Assembly: GCF_009914755.1 (NCBI RefSeq)
Contig: NC_060933.1
Reading direction: 5' to 3' (one strand)
Origin: the human T2T-CHM13v2.0 reference genome, Homo sapiens
DNA: 64,000 bases
Each line of letters begins with the position of its first letter. Position 1 is the stretch's first letter. Both the position numbers and the translations under genes were made by a program. Shown one piece after another: positions 1 through 14,054 of this stretch. Under the pieces are notes generated by a model. It was not told the origin of the DNA. It saw only the letters and a program-made list of their open reading frames with translations, and ran no database searches.

Positions 1-129
1 TCTAGTGGAGGGACACAGAAAAGACAAGCAACATAATACAAATAATAATTGTAGCTAGTTCTAAGTGCAATAAAGAAGGAAGAGAAAGAGAGCCAACGTG
101 GCTTTCAGTGTGCCCCGTGTGGTAGGCAA

Positions 130-588
130 GGGGGAGAGATGTAGGTGGGGAGGAGAGGGAGCTGAGCTGCACCTGTGTCAGGTAGGAACTGAGGGGTCCT
201 GCTAAAATGTTTGGATTTTGTTCTGAGTACAGTGGAAGATGCTGATGAATTGTAAGCAGGGGAGTGATGAGATCCAATTTACATTTTGAAAAGAATCCTC
301 CAGTTGCTGTATGGGGAATGGATTACAGGAAGCAAGAGTGAAAGCAGACATACCTGTTAGGAGGCTACTGTGAGGATCCAGGCAAAAGAATGTGGCAGCT
401 TGGCCTAGGTGTCAACAGTGAAGATGGGGGGAATGGGGTGCAATCAGAATATGTTCTGCAGGTAGGGCTGAAAGAACCTGATGGTGGCTTGGATATGGGG
501 ATAAGAGAAAACAAGGAATCAATGATGACTTCTCGGGTTTTATCTTGAACAAAGACAGGAGTGATTGGTGGTGATGGTTGTGCTATTT
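130..588 (-). mobile_element. L2 LINE fragment
   Basis: Antisense L2-like motifs (tttggattttgttctgagt...gggagtgatgagatccaatttacattttgaaaaga...aggaatcaatgatgacttc). Confidence 0.75.
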
Positions 589-632
589 AAGGAGAAAGAA
601 GAAGGAAAGAAAGAAAGAAAGAAAAGAAAGAG

Positions 633-687
<55 letters not shown>

Positions 688-737
688 AAAGAAAAGAAAG
701 AAAAAGAAAGAAAGAAAAGAAAGAAAGAAAGAAAGGA

Positions 738-785
<48 letters not shown>

Positions 786-937
786 AAAGAAAGAGAGAAA
801 GGGAGAAAGAGAAAGAAAGGAGAGAGAGAGAGGAAGAGGGAGAGAGAAAGGAAGGGAGGAAGGGAGGAAGGGAGTGAGGAAGGAAGGGAGGAAGGGAGGA
901 AGGGAGTGAGGAAGGAAGGAAGGAAGGGAGGGAGGAA
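589..937. repeat. Compound (GAAA)n/(GA)n/(GGAA)n polypurine microsatellite
   Basis: 349 nt with only two pyrimidines (T875, T907). Confidence 0.98.
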
Positions 938-2479
938 CAGGGACTTTTCAAAAGGGGGATGAAATCTGAGGACATTTAGTCCTTGGGCCAGCAGAGGACA
1001 GACCATCATTGGAAAGGGGGAAGATTGTTCCAAAGTCTGATGTTCTTAAGTTGAAAATAAATCATCTCTGCTTTTCTCTATAGCTTCCAGTTAATTTGCA
1101 ACCACTTGTTCATTCTGTATAAGCCTTGCCATTCTTGGGAGTATTCTTGTCTTCATCTCCAAAGACAAATTCAGGGATAAAGAGAATTACAATCCCCAAG
1201 TCTGTGTTCAGAGAGTAGATACTAGTGCTGGAAGACTTTTATATATTTTATTTAAGCTATTTCAAGAAATGGATTAAAGTAGATATTAACCAGTTCATAG
1301 AGTATCCTAAATGCCAATGATCTGCACATAAATAGATGTTTTGGTATAAACGAAGTGCGATTGTAGAGGATAGAGACCTTGGGAGGGAATTCGCAGAAAC
1401 ATAATCATAGGAGTTGACTAAGGGATTTAGAGGCAGAAAGGAAGATGCACAAAAAAAAGAATGCCAGTTGATCATCATTAAGGACTTCAGGGCTATGAGA
1501 TCTTCTCTCTTCTTCCCAGGATACCATAAGGGCAGCTTTCTTCCTCAAAGACAGCTCAAATTGTTTCAGGAGTCAAAGGGTGACCGCCTTAGCAGTGATG
1601 TGATCACATAACAGGTGGAATATTGGGGAAATAATTAGGAAAAACAAGGTAATTTGGAGGGATTCTCCTACCCAGGTACTGACTGAGAGAAGCATGCAGA
1701 GACCATTTGCATAAATCCTAAAGCTGAAGTCCCAAGGGGGCTATGACTAAGCATCCTAGAGATTTGAGCTCTGAGAAACACTGAAGGAGCTAGTAATAAT
1801 AGGATCCCTCTGCTGCTGTTTTCTCTTTTCTAGTGAGGAACTGGGACCTTGAGGGACTGTGAGGGACACCCACACAGTCAGACCTGCTTTGTTTCCTAGA
1901 ACCTGTTACTTCATGCAAAAGAAAGCGTTGGTTATTGATACAGTGCAATTATGTCATTGTCAAATTCTCTGCATCAAAGAGGAAGAGACTCCCTCCTGAA
2001 CAAGACTCAGAAAACATGGCTGATGACTGCCTTAGCTGACTTGCATAGCTGGTCATGCCACCAGGTGGACTTGGGGAAGTGATGCAAAATGAAAGGCAGA
2101 TGCAAACAGAAAAAGACAAGGTTAGAGGATTGGAAACATCCGTCTTCCATCACCATCTTGGACCCTGATTCTGACTGTGGTCTTGGATTTCTATGTCTTC
2201 ATTTCCCTACTTAGTAAATGGTAATGAAACTAGGCCACAGACTGTGTGTATTTGTTGTAAAACCCCATAATATTATGTAATGTGCCTTAAAACATTGCCT
2301 GGAAGTAGCAAATTATTTCAATATAGAGGTATTGAGATATAAATATAGATGTAGATACAGATACAGATATAGACACACACCCCAGTGCAGCTGTGCTTAT
2401 TATACAGAACCCTACCAATGATAACCCTGAGTAACACTGGACTGCTTGCTTTTGAAACACATAGAAGCTGTTCCTGGCT

Positions 2480-2882
2480 CTGGGCTTTTTTGTACCTGCT
2501 GACCCCAATACCTGGAATGTAACCTCTTCCCAATGTTTGCATGTCTTGTTCTTTTACTTCATTCAAATCTCTGCTTAGCTATCACCTACTCAGAAAAGCC
2601 TTGACTGACCTACCTTTCTATCTAAAATAGAACCACCCCTCTGTTCTTTCCAGTCCCTTACTCTATTATTTTGGCACAGTATTTATCACCACCTGAAATT
2701 ATTGTGCCTAGTATTTGTTTATTTACATATGACCTTTGTATCCCACTAAAATGAGAGCTCCATGAGGATATGGAGCTTATTCACATCCGTGACCCCTGTG
2801 CCTACGACAATGCCTCACACCCAGGAGGTAGCTCAATATATTTTTGCTGAATAAGTGAATGTTATCAAAATAAGCAAATGAA
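2480..2882 (+). mobile_element. L2 3' end
   Basis: cctggaatgt...gagagctccatgagga...gctcaatatatttttgctgaataagtgaatg, the typical L2 terminus. Confidence 0.8.
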
Positions 2883-3805
2883 TTATCAACTCCATGGTTA
2901 AGGAAAAAGAAACCTATACTTTTTGCAATAAGTGTTTAAGAAGTCTAAAAATACTATAATAGCTTTTCTTCTTATCTGTTGTAATGCAAATAGTCCATTG
3001 AGAGAGAGGGAGTTTGGCAAGAGGGAAGTTTAGCTTCTCCTGACATGAGTTACTGCACAGCACTCTGGCCCTTACTATAGTGGTAGGGGTGGGAGTGAGC
3101 TCCTACAGGAGGCAGTGGCAATGCTGGGGGCTGGTTTGGGGAAGTTAGACCTCTTTTTATTAAGCTCTGCTGGCCCTCTTGGGCTCCCCTGCCATCATGC
3201 TAAGCATACATGTGGCCATGCCAAGGCAGCTTCAAGGTGAGCCGCTCCTGCCTCCAAGCCAGACTGCCATCCTGAGGCTCCTCACCCTGGGGAAATTCTG
3301 TTGGGGTGACAAGGAGGCTGCTGTAGTTGGATGGCTTCATGCAGTGAAGGTGGGATGGCCAACAGGCTATACTACAGGAGGAGCAAAAGAAAGACACCCC
3401 TGGGGACAGGGCACCCAGTACTTCCCTTCTCACTGACTTCTCCCAGCTCCCTCTCACACTGTCCTCTGCTGAGGGGTCACTTTGCCTCATTCATCTGTGC
3501 TTTCAGTGGCTTTTCCTGGTAACGTATTCTATATGTTCATTACCCTATGCACAACATATGTCTGTTTTTGTTCCTAATTTACAGTTTCAACAGGACATAG
3601 GTGTCCTTCTCTAAAGCAGATCAGCTACTGTCCATTTTGCCTTTCCCTTCTGGATACCCCTCTGGGCTCCAAGGGGTATGTGCCCGCAGCCCCACCAGCA
3701 CTTACAGGAAGCTGCCTTTTTGGTTTTAGCTGCTGGTTCTCCTCCCATATTTATTTCATACAGTATTGCCCACCTCTGAGACCATTCCCTAGGGCAACCA
3801 CATAC

Positions 3806-4420
3806 AATCCATTCATTTGACAAGTATTTGTTGAGCATCCCAGCACTGGACTGTGCTGTCTCCCATGAAGTTGTAATCTAGAGGCTGGAGGAAATAGCAA
3901 ACATGTAACCTCAGCTTACAGCTGACTGGGGCTGTGAGGGAAAGGGATTTACCATTATGATCTAACAAGGGAACCTGCTTTTGGTGCCTAAGAACATGGT
4001 ATTTAAGTTAAGTCCTGTTGGACAAGTAGAAGTTAGCCAGGTAAAAATTGAAGAGCAGCACGTTTGAGGGACCTATGCCATCAGAAAGAGCTAAAGGAGT
4101 TTGGGAAAGAGAGGGAAGATCAAAATGTAGGGGACCCTGCAAGGAAAGGACAGAGAAGCACAAGACCAGCAAAGTTGCTAAGATCAAACGGGGCACCAGC
4201 AGCCATTCTGACGACTTTTAATTTTATCCTAAGGGCAATGGGAAGTCACTGAAGAGTCTGCTATTGTATTAACTGTGAATTGGAAAAAGGTCAGAAGGAA
4301 AATGGGGAGTGATTGTTGCAGTAGCCCAGGGGACAGGGGGAGGAGGGAATGATGGAACTTGAAGATTTCTCAAAATGGAGGTGGAAAGAAGTAGACAGAC
4401 TCAAGATGTCTTTGGAAGCA
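3806..4420 (-). mobile_element. L2 3' fragment
   Basis: cattcatttgacaagtatttgttgagcat start, then ttttatcctaagggcaatgggaagtcactgaag. Confidence 0.75.
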
Positions 4421-5130
4421 TAACCTTGGAAAGACATCTTAGAGTATTCCATAAGCCCTTGACTGCATACTTCAGGACTTCTACTAAGTGAGAAAAATGA
4501 AGACCCTCTTATGATTAAGCCACTGTCTCTGTGACATGTAGCAGATGGGGATCCCTAACTGATATGGCCTCTTTATCCCTACATTGGCTAAGCTTGTGAT
4601 TCACTGTGGCTCATTAATTAATAAGCATAAAGTTCTTGGTTATGCCTAGCATGTGGCAGGCCTGCAGTAAATGGTAGCTAGACGTTAAACATTAGCCACA
4701 CAGCTACACATAAGCTCAGCCATTGCAGCCTCTGTTGGGGCATTGTGGCTAACACCTTCTTCACAGAAAACTTCAGTGAGGAACTGGGACCTTGAGGCAG
4801 GGAACGGGAATGTCTTTGAAGAACCTTCTCTCCTGCTACCTTCTATGAGCTAGTTTTTGCAGTCTTCTTCCATGTGATCCTCTGGACACACTGGCAAATG
4901 TTTGGGTGTCTTGTTTTCAACCTGTTAGCAGAAGGGAACTGACAGCATCACTAGATTAAGGAGTGAACCAAACTGTATTAGTGCTGGGACTATCACAAGC
5001 CACAGCCATTTGTTCACATTTCCACTATGGCATTGATTCTGTCTTGCATTATGGCCATAGAACAAACTCTGGAGGGCAGGAACTCTATCTAACTCAACTT
5101 TGTTTCCCCACAGCGCACACAGCACTAACT

Positions 5131-5208
5131 ATAGGTTGGTGCAAAAGTAGTTGCAGTTTTGCCATTATTTTTCATGGCAAAAACCGCAATTACTTTTGCA
5201 CCAACCAA
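5131..5208. mobile_element. MADE1 (Hsmar1 mariner-derived MITE)
   Basis: taggttggtgcaaaagtagttgcagttttgccat...atggcaaaaaccgcaattacttttgcaccaacc, a ~80-bp palindrome matching the MADE1 TIRs. Confidence 0.93.
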
Positions 5209-5339
5209 CAGTCCCTGCCACAATGGGGCATGACTGTATAAACACGAATGTGTTGAAGTGGACTGAAATAAAGATATGTGCAAAGAAGCAAGAGTGGTGA
5301 TTTATCACATGTGGATTGGTTGCTACCACTGAAGTCACA

Positions 5340-5885
5340 CTTTATGTCAACTATCTCACTTGAACCTCAGAGGTAAGACGTAATAAGTATCATTGTCCCA
5401 GATTCTATGAATAAAAAACCTGGGCTTAAAGGGAGGTGATGTCTTGCCCAAAATCACATGGAAAGTCGTTGTAATCACAAGAAGCCTGGGTCTTCACTGT
5501 AGTTCAGTGTATCATACAACTCCAGGAGGAGGGGGAGAATGTACCTGGACCACAGCGTGAATGGTGCCCTTCAGGATCGTGCAGTGGAGCAGGACTGTGT
5601 CAAATCCTGCGGCAAGGGTTTCACTGTTACTCTAACGCTATCGCCTGAATGTTTCCTTTTCCTTAGGTCCCAGCCATAGGGCTGTTCTCCAAGGGAAACA
5701 TCACCTCTTCAGAACTTTTAGTCTACTGGGGAAGTTTATAGGCTTGATTTAGGCTTATAGGTTTTATCCCTTTTTGGATACAATGAACAGACTCTAAGGC
5801 AAGTGATTTATTTACGTTCAGCTAGTTGGCAAGTGGCTGATCTAGAACAGGAAACCACGTCTGTAGACTTCAAAGCTCATTCACT
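5340..5885 (-). mobile_element. Two degenerate MIR fragments (~5340-5500 and ~5760-5885)
   Basis: Antisense MIR core-like segments (cttgcccaaaatcaca; cagctagttggcaagtggctga...gtctgtagacttcaaagc). Confidence 0.55.
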
Positions 5886-6551
5886 TCTGCTTCCAGGCTT
5901 CTCCAACAGGAGTCTGACTGGGTAGCCTTTGGACCCAAGATGGTGTGTCTGGACCATAGACTCATGAAACCACAAAATAAACTTACTTTTCATAATGCAT
6001 TAGGAAGTCTAATGCAATCATTGTATCCAATGTTAAAGATGAAATATAAGACTTTAAATAAATTCCAGACTTGCTATAAACACCTGGGCTAGTGCTCCAG
6101 GCACAGTCCCAGTTAATCCCCAGTCCCTCAACTGTTTACTTCTTTCTGCAGTATTGGGATGCTTTGGTGGAAAGGTTTGAGAAGCACAGGGCTACGCTAC
6201 AGTGACTTCCCTAACACTGAGCTTCCACTTTTCACCACTGTGCAGAGAAAAGCAGTTGGTCAGAAACTGAGTTCCAGTTTCAACATCGCAAAGCAGCTGC
6301 TGCTTGTAGCATGTGCACTTTTTATGGGTATATTTTATCTGTAAGTATATCTAAAGAGGAATAAGGAAAATGAGCTTTAAAAGTAGGTCATGTCTTCAGC
6401 TCAGAGCATGGCACACAAAGTACATGCTCAGTAAGGGAAAGCTAATTTGTTATATTATTTCTTAACTCTTACAATCATCATAGTAATCATTATGTCCTTC
6501 AAAACCAAGATCACAATTGCTATGTGTTACATATATCAGAGATAGCAGAAA

Positions 6552-6613
6552 AGAACCATAATGATGCCAGGTTGGCATTTAGAACCATAATGATGCCAGG
6601 TTAGCATTTAGAA
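6552..6613. repeat. 29-bp tandem duplication
   Basis: agaaccataatgatgccaggttRgcattt at 6552 and 6581, one mismatch. Confidence 0.95.
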
Positions 6614-8149
6614 TTCTCTAGAGAAAGTGGTTTTCTGTTGATGTTACACTCACATGAAGGCAGACATCAGTAACCATAGCAGAATGAACTTCCCCAGCTG
6701 AGAGGAAAGAAGAACTTACTCATTTTTAACTGATTTTGGTGTATTAAGTCCTCATCTCAGGCTAATGGTGGAATGTAGATTCCAGAAGTCTTCAGTATTA
6801 ATGAAGAAGCTGGGATTGATGGTGGGACAGCTACTCTCTCTACTTGCTGGACAGGATGCACGCAGGACAGCAGTCATCACCACAATCACAGATGATATGG
6901 AGAGTACTATTTGGAATGCAGAGAAGCCTTTGCTTTTCTGGCTCTGTTTACAAATTGCTGCATTTGTCCTTTTCTAAAAGCTACCTGGAATATTAGCCTG
7001 TCTGAGTAACTTACATAGGAAGAGTCTTACATTGGAGTTTTGGTCCTAAACCAGCATAATGCCATCATCATAACACAGACAATGACACACATATTGATCC
7101 TATTTTCCTGGTTGCTTTTTCTCAGCACCTTGGTAGTCTCCGTGATTTTCACCATCAAAGGGTGCAATGCCTTTGTCTCAAATGCTAAATGTTAGATGGT
7201 CTCTTGGGTTCAACACATAATGCTCAGGAGGCCATGAAAAGCTCGGTAACATTGAACATTTTAAAAAGGCAGCTTAAAGAAATGTATAGCTTTGGAATGC
7301 ACAACTTCCCATTGCTGAGTGATGTGTAAACACAATAACCTCACACCAGGCAGCGTGGTGTATTAGTACTTTCTGAGGGTTTCATTCTTCCATTGATCCA
7401 CTTGGGAAATTCCCTATAAAGATTAAGAGTTACTGGGGAGCGGGGCTGTCAGCAGGAGGGGAAGAACATGTTGTTACTATCTAATTTTACTTTATTCTTA
7501 CAATGAAGAATCATTGTTTCTAGATCCAAATGTAATTCTAAAACTTCTGTGTGATTAAAGCTTAATGCTGTACTGAGAGAAGATTTACTTGCTCCCCATT
7601 AGAGCCAAATGTAAAATAAGATGAAATTATAATCGCTTCTAAAACTAGGGGTCTTTGGCTGTTTAAATTGTGTACAGTATACAAGCAGGGTGCCTTCCCT
7701 ATGTCATGGGGAAAATGAAACCCATGTGGGAGGTAACCTGAAGCAACATGGAGTCCAGGAAGCCATTCTGCCCCTGTATACACCTTATTAGGGAGTGTCA
7801 GGGTCTCCTCATTCTCCCTTAGCCAACTCCCAGGGAACCTGCAAAGGGGTGTGTAGGAGAGTGAGGGAAGAGATTGCTCTAAGGTTTGCATTGGAAATGG
7901 ACCAGGGCTGCTGTAGAACAACAGCAGGTTTGCTAAGCTCTAGAATGAGATAATAATAGGGAAGCCACCAAGAGTTACCCAGGAAGGGAAGGGAGCGGTA
8001 GGGTTGGGTCTTCACTTGGGAATATGAAGATCTGATAAAGGGCCACAGATTTGGATTCTGGACCAGAATTGCCCACCTCCTAGTATTCAGAGCTGTTCTT
8101 GCTCCCCTGAACTGTGCCAGAATCAGAAGGGAGGGATGAGCGAGGAGAG

Positions 8150-8529
8150 TGTTATAAACTGAATATTTGTGCCCCTCAAAATATATACATCAAAGCCCTA
8201 GCCCTTAGTATGACTCTATTTGGAGATGGAGACTCTGAGGAAATATTAAGGTTGAATGAGGTCATAAGAGTGGGTCCCGGATCCGATAAGATTAGTGTTC
8301 TCATGGGAAGAGGCATCTGAGAGCTCTCTCTCGCTCTCGCTCGCTGTGACTTCCCTCCATGTGAGGGCAAAGCAAGAAAGCAACCACCTACTAGTCAGGA
8401 AGAGAACCCTCTCCAGAAAACAAATTGGCTGGAACCTTGACCTTCAACTTCTAGCCTCTAAAACTGTAAGAAAATAAATTTCTGTTGGTCTGTGGAACTT
8501 TCCTGTGGCAGCCCAAGCTGACTAAGATA
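8150..8529 (+). mobile_element. MaLR solo LTR (MLT1A-like) with 5-bp TSD
   Basis: tgttataaactgaatatttgtgcccc...gcagcccaagctgactaagata, flanked by GAGAG at 8145-8149 and 8530-8534. Confidence 0.88.
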
Positions 8530-8584
8530 GAGAGCCCTTTCCATCCCTGCAGCTGAGTCCATATCAGACTGAAGCTAAAATGCA

Positions 8585-9088
<504 letters not shown>

Positions 9089-9094
9089 TTGTTT

Positions 9095-9350
9095 ATTTAT
9101 TTTTAAGGAAGGCTCATTGAAGTATAATATGCCCATAGTATAATTCACCCTTTTCAGTACACAGTTCTGTGAGTCTTAGCAAACACGGTCACTTAACTTC
9201 CACCACAACCACGACATAGAACATTTCCATCACCTTTAGGCTTCCTGTGTGCCTGACTAAAGCAAGTCCTCCCCTCCTCTCAGTTCTATAGTTTTCTTTT
9301 TAAAATATCATGTAAAAGGAATCACCTAAGGGTTTTGAGTCTGGCTTCTT
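9095..9350 (-). mobile_element. Old L1M 3' fragment
   Basis: ttgaagtataat...attcaccctttt...catagaacatttccatcacc...gagtctggcttctt. Confidence 0.7.
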
Positions 9351-9997
9351 CCAAAGAAAGACATTTTTCTAATATCTACTCTTTGCAACAATATTTTGAA
9401 GTTGGCACAATTATTAGAGTGAAGAGCTGTGGAAATGTTATGTAAAAGCAAAAAGTGTAGGCAAACCTGAGGTATAATTATTATAATCATTTCTATCATT
9501 ATTATTATTATTATTTCACAGTAGAAAAAATACAATCAAATTTGAATGGAAATTTTGTGTTGAATTTGCCTTATCTAGAATCCAGGTGTCAGGAGATAGT
9601 CATAATAGCTCTGTGACCTGTCCCTTCAAAACAGATGATAATTTGCCTTATTTTGGGAGAGTAGTTATTGAATGATGTAAAAAGTATTTGACAAAATATT
9701 GTTAGCATTAAGGTCCAGCACATCTTCTCTTTGACTAATCCAAAAATACTTGGCCTTGAAGTTACTAAGTCATTACCTTATGTTTGTGACCAGATTGAAA
9801 GATGTTCTAGGCTGCAAATAACAGCAGTTCCAGGAGTGGCAATAATCCATTTCCAGGGCTCAAAAGAGGGAGATGAAGCTGGTTCCAGCACTCCTCCTTA
9901 CCTGCCCTGAGCTGTGTTCATTCCGGAGTGAGAGATGAGGCAGAAAAGCCTGTTTCTACCCACAAAGTATCCCCTGATTGAATAGCTACGTGCCTAG

Positions 9998-10379
<382 letters not shown>

Positions 10380-13300
10380 ACCCTGTTTTTAACCTCCTTT
10401 TACAGATATAACATGTAATAAATAAATAAATAAGGTCTAGCTATTCCTTAAAGTTTAAAGGTTCATGAATTTTTAAGGAACACATCAGGAAAAACTGCTG
10501 AGACAAAGCAATGGAGCGTAGGGTGTGATGAGGAGGTCTAGGAGCCCCTTCAATATTTAATGCAACCAAAAGCCTCTGACAGCTAATCATCTCTTAATGG
10601 GGCTTGCCCTTTGGCCTACAAGTTTCTAAGGGACTAGGATGTTTGGCTTCCAAATAAGTTATCACTCACTCACTGAGTAAATACCACAAGCTGAAAGTGG
10701 CCTCCCAGGCATCATTGGTCTTTGCTAGGTGAGTTTAGAAGGTCCCAGATTGGCATTACTCACCTCTAAATCACTAGCAGCTTCAAAGCCAGAGAGGCAT
10801 TTGCTTTGGGTCTGTGGAAAGGCTCCTGTCTACCAATGTGCCTCTCAGAAGCACAGAAGGGAGATGACAGAGGGAGAGTGAGTTTTGGTGGGGTATGATC
10901 CTTTGGGGAAGTAAGAGACAAATGAGAAAAGACTAAATGCAACATTTGGGTCTGGACAAGTGAGATTTGAGAGGAGATTCATAGGGAAGTAGGAATGGAC
11001 AGGGAGGGGCAGTATGGAGACGAATGGATACAGTAGAAGAGAAGGGAAGAAGATGGGGACACAAGGAGGATGATAAATGCATTTTCTAAGAAGCCCAACA
11101 TAGTGGGGAGAGCTAACCTGTCACCTCCTCTCTCGTCTCCACGTATACCTGGAAAACGAGTGGTGCATTCCTCGTTAACGTGTGCCAAGGATAGCAAACA
11201 ACAACAACTCATGGGGAAGAACCTAGCCTGTCAGCATGAAGAGTGGTGGAATAGAGAGCTGTCTTCAATACCATTTGGTCGCCAATTCATATTTACACTT
11301 GCTCAGCAAATTCCTTCATTTCCCTAAATTCCAGTCTTCCAATTTCAAAAAATAAATTGTTCGTTAGCCACAAACAACTGAAATTTTTCACAATTTACAA
11401 CCTAATGACCAGAGTGTGTACTTTGAATTTATTGAGTAAGAAATAAACTTTGTAGTCAAACCAATTAGATGTGTCCATTCTGATTTAAATATAAAATCAT
11501 TGATTTCTAATGCAAGATATTTACACCAAGGGCCTTTTAGTATTTTCTTCAGGATTTATTGTCTAGAAATACCTTTCAAACAGGTAGATTTAAAGAATGT
11601 TCAGGCCTGGGTATTTTAACTAGAACGCAGTTGTTATTTTTCTCTACATATCACTATCAAAATTACGAGGTGTCATAGAAATAAATATTAAGGGCTAAAA
11701 GAACAGTTCTTTTCTTGATATATTTTAAAAACCGGATCCATTTTTTTTCAGCTTGATTTATTTTAGGCACTATGGAATTTCTTTTTGGCCTTGTGCCTCA
11801 GACATTGTTCTGATTAGCTTTGCTGGTTTAACCAAGTTGCAGTGATTAGCCCTGATGGTCATCTGGTTTTTAAAATTATGTTTTCATAGTTTAACTTCCC
11901 TCTTTAGTCTCTCTTAATTTTCTCCAGCCTCAGAAGAGATGTGATACTAGTAACTATCTTTAGAAAAATACTCCCTTATGTTATACATAATGAAGTCTTC
12001 CTAGACTTAATTCCCAGACATAATAGTTCCAAGTCTGCAACATGGACACTCCCCCTGTCTACTGTACAGGTGGCAAACCGAGACATGGGGTTTCTTATAC
12101 AACTTAGAGAGACTTTATACTCCTTGTGAACCACAGTAGATTTGGCTGCATTTTGAGAAGTTATGAATTTCTTATTTGTAGCATCAAACAGATGAGACTG
12201 TTTCCATCTGTCTCATCTAAGGCTTGGTTCTATCGAGAGTTTACAGAAATGACTGGAGAATGGACAGGAAGGTAGTGAAGACTGATCTGTTTCAAGGAAC
12301 ACATTGAGAATTCCTCCCCCAAAGAGCAGCATTCATGGGGAACCCATTAAAGACATGGTATGCTTACCAACCCCTGCCTCATCCCCCACCAGAAAGAACT
12401 GATTCCGTGTCCATCCCTCTTGAGGCATGTGATACGTTAGGCAAAGAAAGGAGTTCCTTCTGTGTTCCCAGAGCTACACGAAGAGCACTAGAACCATCCC
12501 TGAGCTGCAGCAGGAAGGGAGAGTTTTTTCTTGAAGTGGTGGGACTTGAGCTTGCCTTCATAAAGGAGACCTTTGGGAAGTAGGGAGAAAGGGAAGAAGA
12601 TCAAACTTTCTAAGAGGCATGAGTAACTTGGCCCTGGGTAGGAAGCCACCTAAGCTTGCTGGCTGAACACAGAGTGTGTGTGGAGACTGGAGAAAGCAGA
12701 AAAGCAGAGTGGTCCATCCTAATGAATACAGGATGTCCAATGGGGAAAGGTTTGGTATGTGGCTTTAGGTAAACTACTTAAACTGACTGACTTTTAGGGG
12801 CATTACTTGCACTATCCAGGCAAGTCCATGTCTGCTGTAGAGCATAACTGTTGGGTTCAAGTGAGATAATTGAATAGAAATTCTTCGTAAATGTTGAAGA
12901 CTGAGTGTTGATGGATGATTATGGTGGCACTGAGGTGGTGGGTGATTCCGGAACCACGGCGTTTTTGTGCTGGAAGTAACCAAGGGCTGCCCTAACTCTT
13001 CACATTTTACCAATAAAGACAGAAGCCAGACCTGAGGGTACCTGCTCAAGCTGGTTAATAGCAGCAGCACAAGAACTAGAACTCCAGTCTCTTGGGTTGA
13101 GGAAAATAAAAATTGCAAGTCCAAGTCAACTCTCCAGATAACTGGGTTTCTCATCTTGCACCAGGTCAACCTGGTGAGTTTAGTGAAGACCATGAGACCC
13201 CATTCAACTTAATTACTGGAGAGCCCCTGAGGCCCCACAGCATATCAGGCTGAGAGCAGGAATTCTGACTCTCAGTGTCATTCCTGGGATCACATTCCAT

Positions 13301-14054
13301 CTCACAAATATTTAAGCAAGGGCATGAGGGCAAGTTGCCAAGTAGTACGATACAAAACAAATGTCTCATTGTGTTTGTTGCTGCACAGTGTGTTGTTTGT
13401 GTGGTCCAAAAACCATCAAGTGACTATAACTAGAATGTGACAGTAATTTGTAACAACAGTGACTTTTTTGGGGGGAGGGTCTACTTTTGTGACATGCTTC
13501 AAAATTCTGAGAAAGGGTTGCAAAAGAAATGTTCAGAAATGTACTAAATGGGCTTAGAAAACTTGTGAACCCTGTCTGAACTTTTATTAGATTGTCCCAC
13601 CACTCACCCATTTGACATCTGAACAAGGAAAGCATTATTTATAACAGCATGCGTGAAATCCCAGAAGGGATTCTTGAAAGAATTAGAGTGAAAAATCTGC
13701 CCCAAAGAGACAGCAAGCAGAAAATAAATGATCAGATGAGAAAACATGTAAATCAAAACGTGAATCTTTTGTTCTCTCTCTCTTCTTTAAAGGAAACAGA
13801 AGCTTTTTCTTGGCTATTAGCAATTCAGGATAGAGAACCAGTATCAGGTTTTCTATCTTGCATTGCTAATGACCAAAAAAAGTGGGTGCTGCTATCAAAG
13901 GAGCCACTTGGTTAAGGCCAAATGAAGAGTTCAGGAGAGTGACATATGATGATTCTTCTTAATGTCTCCAGAATGGCTGCTTCTGGAGTAAGTAAGAGAG
14001 TGAAGGTTCCAGAGAAGAAAGCCACACCTCAAAAGCATTAATACTTTAAGACTT

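Noticed and set aside
565-1033. K/E/R-rich and F/L/S-rich ORFs of 99-148 aa
   Set aside because: Translations of the GAAA/GGAA microsatellite.
2058-2070. CTCF-like CCACCAGGTGGAC (also CTGCAAGGTGGCAG near 15227)
   Set aside because: Mismatches at informative positions; such partial matches are expected in 64 kb without ChIP support.
5651-5672. Second AG|GT junction (ttttccttAG|GTccca)
   Set aside because: The regenerated donor is poor, unlike the 14837 site.
7121-7141. RE1/REST-like CTCAGCACCTTGG
   Set aside because: The right half-site (GGACAG) is missing.
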